From assembly GCF_009914755.1 (NCBI RefSeq), contig NC_060932.1: a DNA stretch of 64,000 nt; one strand, 5' to 3'. Origin of the DNA: the human T2T-CHM13v2.0 reference genome, Homo sapiens. The notes beneath the pieces are model-generated. The model was given only the letters and a program-made list of their open reading frames with translations. It searched no databases and was not told the DNA's origin. Made by a program: the position numbers and the translations under genes. The stretch's first letter is position 1; each line of letters opens with the position of its first letter. This document shows, piece by piece, positions 57,982 to 64,000 of this stretch.

Positions 57982-60945
57982 GATTGAGCTCATTTCTATA
58001 CATGCCTGGAAGAATGCCTGGTGCTCCAAGATACAAAGAGGGCTGGCTCCTTGTATCATTAGCTGGGTGATGTTTTTGCAACTTGCTTGAAGTTACTGCA
58101 AGAATTAAAAATAAAGCAGACAGAACAGTTTGATTTGGTGTGTACTTCTACTCTTAATAAATGGTATGAATTGTTACTAGCTTGGTAGCTATTGGGGGAA
58201 TGGAGTTGGCTATGTTTCTAGAAACATGTACTATGGATAGGAAAGAATGTTTTTGCTTTCTTTCATCCCTCTAATTTGGGGATGGGAATGTGAAACACTG
58301 CAACAATGCAAAGGAGAAGGGAATAGAAAAGTTGTCCATTTATTTTGCTGGATAATAACTGACCAAGTTCCATGGGAGGGTAGCTCATGCATTCTTGAAG
58401 CGTAGGTCTGTGTGTAATAACATGCATATATCATGGTGTGGTCATAGCCAGAACACACTCAAAGCAAGGCTTTCAATGGGGTTTCCCTTGCCTGGGCCTG
58501 CCCCTTCATCTAGGATACAGAGATTGAAACTTCCTCCCACTTGTAGACCAAAGTTGGTATTTGTAAAGTGCTCTGAGATCTTCCCAAATAGGGCCTCCTT
58601 AAATAAAAGGTCTCCAGGGGTGCAGGAGTGGAAGAGACAGGGCTTGGAGGGCTTAGGAGTCCAGGGGCAGTGTGTATGCTCAGGAGAGCAGCCAATCCCA
58701 TCTGCCCACAACTAGGATTCTTCTCAGCGCATCACTGGGGGCTCTCCCAGGGCAGTCGGCCTTCCTTTCTTGGATGTGCAAAGCGACTTAGTTGGGATTT
58801 AAGACAAAAGTAGACCTAGAACAGTTGACACCTGGAGTGGAGAGTTTTTAACACCCTCCCCATACATCAAAATTATTTTTATAGTGATAATCATGCAATC
58901 ATTAGCAATCATTATTTTCTTGAGTCAGTCTGTAGTTTCTTCATTTTTAAAAAATTGACCAGTTGAACAATCTCTAGTTTCAAAACACAATTGAAAGAAA
59001 GAGTACCTTTTCATTTGAATATTATTCAAATTTAGGAACGCATCACATATGAACTAAATTTGCAGTTTGCCAGTAAAAAATTGACCTCATGATTCTCTGC
59101 CTGTTTTGGTTTTAAAGTTTAAATACAAATTTAAAATTTTTTATCACATAAAATGACAAAAGTAAGATAACCCAAGGTCTACTCCTTTCATCATTACAAT
59201 CACAGTTATTATGGTTTGTTTTGAATTTACTCTTTAGATGTAGGGGTTGGAGACAGTTGTCGCTCAAGGTGCAAACTCCGGGCTGGCGCTGTGTGTGAAC
59301 AGATAACAACAAAATGTATGTGGCTGAGTCCACTAGGAAGACGCTTCTGTACCACATGGAGTTCTCTGAATTAACTTCCAGATATATTAAAATTATTAAT
59401 GGTAAGTAAGAAATGTATCAAATTGAAGCTTACATACATATTGCTAAGATGCCATCATATCTGCAGAGATTATTTGGAACTTTGAACAACAAAAGATTTT
59501 TTTTTTTTTTTGCAGAACAGTATTTTATCACTGATGTTATTTAGAGTTGCTAGCACTTGGTGATATCACAAGCGAACTGACTTTTAGTCAGCTGTGTTAT
59601 TGTGTTTAAATTCTCTACAAACATCCCTCATTGCCTGCCTCAGGGGCAGGCGGCCCCTGCAGCTCTGTCTTGTGTATGCAGCTGATTTAAAGCCATGGCA
59701 ACATCACAGTTAACACTATCTATGCACCTGTAAGAAGTGTTTAATTAAAACTAACAGTCTTGAAGTTGAGCGTCTTTATTTTAGGTGTAGGACCTCTCAG
59801 GGGTGAAGAGGAAAGCAAATGGAGAGTCTGCCAAGTCTTTTTGCTGACACCAGTGCTTAGGATCTTGAGAGCATGTTTTACAAATTGGGTGTTTGGGGCA
59901 GGGGGAGTCTGGACAACAGTTTTTCCAAGTTTCAGGCTAGTGTTTGGCACCCTCTAGTGGAAAATTTGAAAAGAGAATGATCCGATACTGTATAAAAAAT
60001 GAATAGTTTATCATATAGCTTATTCATCCTTTATTAAGTACCATGCACTGAGCTAAGTCCTTTGTGTGCAATATCTAATCCTTACAACTACCTATACATT
60101 AGGAATATGAGGTCAGCGTTACTAATTATAGAATAAGCTCAGAGAGGTCAAGTAAATTGACCACAGCCACACAGCAAGGGGTGGAGCTGCTTGTCTTTCC
60201 TCTCTCCAGAGACATATGGAGTGAGCATACTTGGCATATGTAGCACAATATTTCAAGCTCCTGACCCCCATGGACACACTACCAGCTCCACACCTCAGAG
60301 CCTGGGGGCTCGAGGAGTGCCCACCCTGAACCATACTTCCAGAATTATAGTTACTTGCACAATTCTGATTGTAAGATCTAAAAGTAATTTTTTTTTTATT
60401 TTTCCCTTAAAGCTTGTGATTTGCTCTCAAAAGTAAATGCCTTGGCTTGGTTTGCCATATTTCCTTCTTAGATTCATGTTCCTTTGTGTCTTATGTTCTG
60501 GTCAGGTCACGGCAATGGCCTGCGATAGTAACTCCCAGACTTTAAATCTCATTGGCAATCTCCTTTACCTGTGACACCCCAGAGATCTTAGAATCGAAGT
60601 GAGCTCGTTCTGGGAGTGCTTTGGGAGTTATCCAATTTAGCGGTTTGTCATCATGGATCTCTTGAAAATCTTTGAAGGAAGTTTTGGTTGCCATGATGAT
60701 TGGAGGGCACTAGTGATGTTTAGTCGGGAGGACACTGGATATCCTGCAATGCTCAGGACAGGTCACACAAGGAGAAATTGACCCAGGACTGGTAAGACTT
60801 TCCATCATCCTACCGGACATGCTGAGACAGAAGGCAGGCTTCAACTTGTGGTGGGATTTCAAGTTCAGAGACACATTTGCTGTGATGTGTCATTATTACT
60901 GCCACATCCCATGTCGTAACAGCAGCCCCTTTGGGGTAAGCAACG

Positions 60946-61274
60946 TGTGTTCATCCATTCTCACACTGCTATAAAGAACTACCTGAGACTGGTAATTTAC
61001 GAAGAAAACAGGTTTAATTGACTCACAGTTCTGCAGACTTAACAGGAAGCGTGGGTAGGAGGCCTCAGGAAACTTATAATCATGGTGGAAGGTGAAGGGG
61101 AAGCAAACAAGTCTTTTAAACCATCAGATCTTGTGAGAACTCACTATGGTGAGAACAGCAAGGGGGAAACCCACCCCCACGATCCAATCACCTCCCATCA
61201 GGTTCCTACCCAAACATGTGGGGATTACAATTTGACATGAGACTTAGTGGGGATACAGAGCCAAACCATATCAC
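60946..61274 (-). mobile_element. MSTA/THE1-type MaLR LTR
   Basis: CATTCTCACACTGCTATAAAGAACTACCTGAGACTGG...ACAGAGCCAAACCATATCA. Confidence 0.85.
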
Positions 61275-61405
61275 AAGGCCCAAGTGTCAAAGCATGAGAA
61301 TTCAGAAAGTAAAAGACATGGTTAATATACTGCCCAAGTATTCACATACCGAAATACATATTACTGTATTATAACTTACTTTTACTTCAACTTCTGATTG
61401 ATTTA

Positions 61406-61710
<305 letters not shown>

Positions 61711-63439
61711 TAGAGTTTGTGTTCCATGTTTTCGTTCAACTGAGTCAGCACACTCTTCATTCATTCCCTAAATCCTTCTGCCTCTCCATTACCTCTTGTG
61801 CTTCTTCATCAGTCAAATAGGGGCGGTGGTTTGTTTTCTGCTTTTTCTATCCGGTGAAGATCCCAACTTCTCCATAAAGGCTTTCCTGATTAACTAGCAG
61901 TGAGATCGTCATTCTCTCCCATGTACTTCACCTGGGCCTGTGGATGCCCTCAGCCAGTACTTCTCAAGTTTCCACGGGCTTGAGAATCCACTGGGGACTC
62001 TGTGAAGATGCAGGCTTGGTGTGTCTACAAGTCCCCAGGAGGTGCTGAAGCTTCTGGGATGGAGACCATATTCAAAAAGCAAAACTCTCAGATTAAACCG
62101 ATGGTTCCCAAACCAGGTTTTTCATCACAGGGACCTGGGCAACTTTTGAAAAATACCCTCCCGAGCCCACGCCAGACCCATCCTATCGGAATCTCTGAAA
62201 GCAGAGCCCTAGAATGGGATTTCTAGACGCACTCCAGACAATTCTGGAGGCACTCTCCCAAACACCAGCCTCTGACCTAATGCTTAGGTGAACTGCAAGG
62301 TGTTACAATAACTTAATTTGAAATTCGCCCCCAGAAGTAAGCACTTTGCAGACTGTTGCTAACCTAGAGTCATTGTGACATGTTTTCATGCTTAGGCCAG
62401 ACTCCAGGAACTATGCTTTCTCAATTACAGAACCAAGGCAGATGGGCAAATGATCTACAACGATCTTGTGATTTTAATGTCTTATATACGTGTACTTATA
62501 CATCTCCTAAGATGATCGTAGTAGTTTCCAGAAACCCAAATTAAGACATTTTACTGCAACAAGATTTAAAAACTAGGGCTTTGACGTCTATTTTATGAGA
62601 AGTTCATATTTGCATAATTAGGAGTGTCCTACACTTTCTTGGGCAGCACGTGTCAGTCAACAGCTGCAAGTCATTCTGGCTCCTTGCCCAACGGAAGAGA
62701 GAGCATTGCTTAAAACAGTCTCTGCCCTACCTCCAGAGAATGTGATAGAAAGCGAGTGACAGACTAAGAGCAGAGGCGAATCCCCAAATTAGATGCCCTT
62801 CCAAGCTACAAAGACACTTTAACAACTTTTCCAAAAGATCAGAGCAGAGCATCACAGAGATGAGCTGAGCCACCTGCAGACACAGTTTCTCCAATGTGAC
62901 CAAGAAACGACATCTGGGTCTTCCTGATGGAAGATGCACACAGGCTGCTGAGAAAACTCTGGAGATGCCTCTGACAGGAACAAGAAGTTCCAGAAGGCAG
63001 AGTCTTCCCTCCTCCCCAGGCTGCCTCGTGGGCAGAGATGTGCTGTGTCTTCAGGCCCACATGTTCCCCCAAAGAAATGCTCCCTTTATTTGAGAAGACA
63101 AGTGAATGTTGCTCAGGTTGGGGGCAGGGGTTATGGGTTCAGCTTGATCCTAAGTGCCATCAGGCAGGGCCAGGTGTGTTTGGTTCCCCCCATCTCCCCA
63201 GCACCCCCTACCATGCCTCACTCACAGCACCCACTCGGGACACTTGCTGACTGACTGACCAGCTATGTAGTGAGATGCTTTTAAACTCTGGAAGTGCCTT
63301 AGCTGATATGCTGCCCAGCTACCTTGGATTAACCGAGAGGGCAGAAGGCTGAGTGATGATGTCAGGCAAGGTGTTTGGTTAGTTTTCCACATTCTTCTGG
63401 AGTTAGGTCTTCACAGTGAGGTGTAGTTTTTGTGTGATG

Positions 63440-63960
63440 TCGTATTAAGCAAGCCTTTTTATTCTGAGGCTTGGCCATATTGGGGACTTGTTGACGCTGG
63501 AGGGACTGCCCCACCCAGGGTTAGCCAATTCTTAGTGGAAGCAAAGAGCTCTTCTGTGAGCATGCCTTTGACATGCGAACCAAGCCACCCAGACCCCACC
63601 TCCCAACCACCTCCTTTGTGGGGCTCCTGCACTCTGGGCCACCATCACTGCAAGGCTACGTTCCAGGCAACTAGGAGCAGCCTTTATGCCCCAGAGCCCA
63701 CTGAAAGGATTCACACTAGCCAATCCTGAGCCTGCTCACCTGCCTCACCTATTCTTTCCTGCAGAAGTCACAGTAAAGGCTATTACCCACACTTCTCCTC
63801 TCTACCTTTGCCTCCTGGTCAACCCCAGTGCTTCTCCATGTGTCCCCCACTCCCACCATCACGTGGTGTGGCATGCCTTGCCCCTTCTCTTGGGAACTGT
63901 GAGTAACAAACTATCTTTTCAATGGCAGTTGCCTTCTGAATCATGTTGAAACCTACATTT
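63440..63960 (+). mobile_element. MER74-like ERVL LTR
   Basis: GGAGGGACTGCCCCACCCAGGGTTAGCCAATTCTTAG...GGGAACTGTGAGTAACAAACT matches the recalled MER74 consensus. Confidence 0.7.
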
Positions 63961-64000
63961 CACAATAGACATATTGTCAAGTTCCAGGACACCAGATATT

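Overview
Human (primate) genomic DNA from the MTMR9 locus (8p23.1 by recognition of the protein). The left third holds coding exons 1-5 of MTMR9 on the minus strand. All splice sites are canonical GT-AG, and the exon lengths (182/109/126/174/218 nt) chain in frame. The gene continues off the left edge. A CpG-island promoter with GC boxes and a tandem ETS/GABP array lies at about 21.8-22.7 kb. The remaining ~41 kb is repeat-dense upstream sequence. It includes a truncated ERV1 provirus (decayed env plus MER51-like 3' LTR) 1.5 kb from the promoter, an RPL19 processed pseudogene, many solo LTRs, Alus, L1/L2/MIR and DNA transposon fossils. I found no convincing novel biological system. The best second-look items are: (1) the env remnant, whose 132-codon ORF carries an intact immunosuppressive domain and stops just before the membrane anchor; (2) two candidate cryptic or poison exons in MTMR9 intron 2; (3) an AT-rich tract with a perfect 36-bp inverted repeat; (4) candidate exons of a divergent lncRNA; (5) closely spaced inverted Alu pairs. 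Repeat family names come from recalled consensus sequences, not a database search, and most repeat boundaries are approximate.
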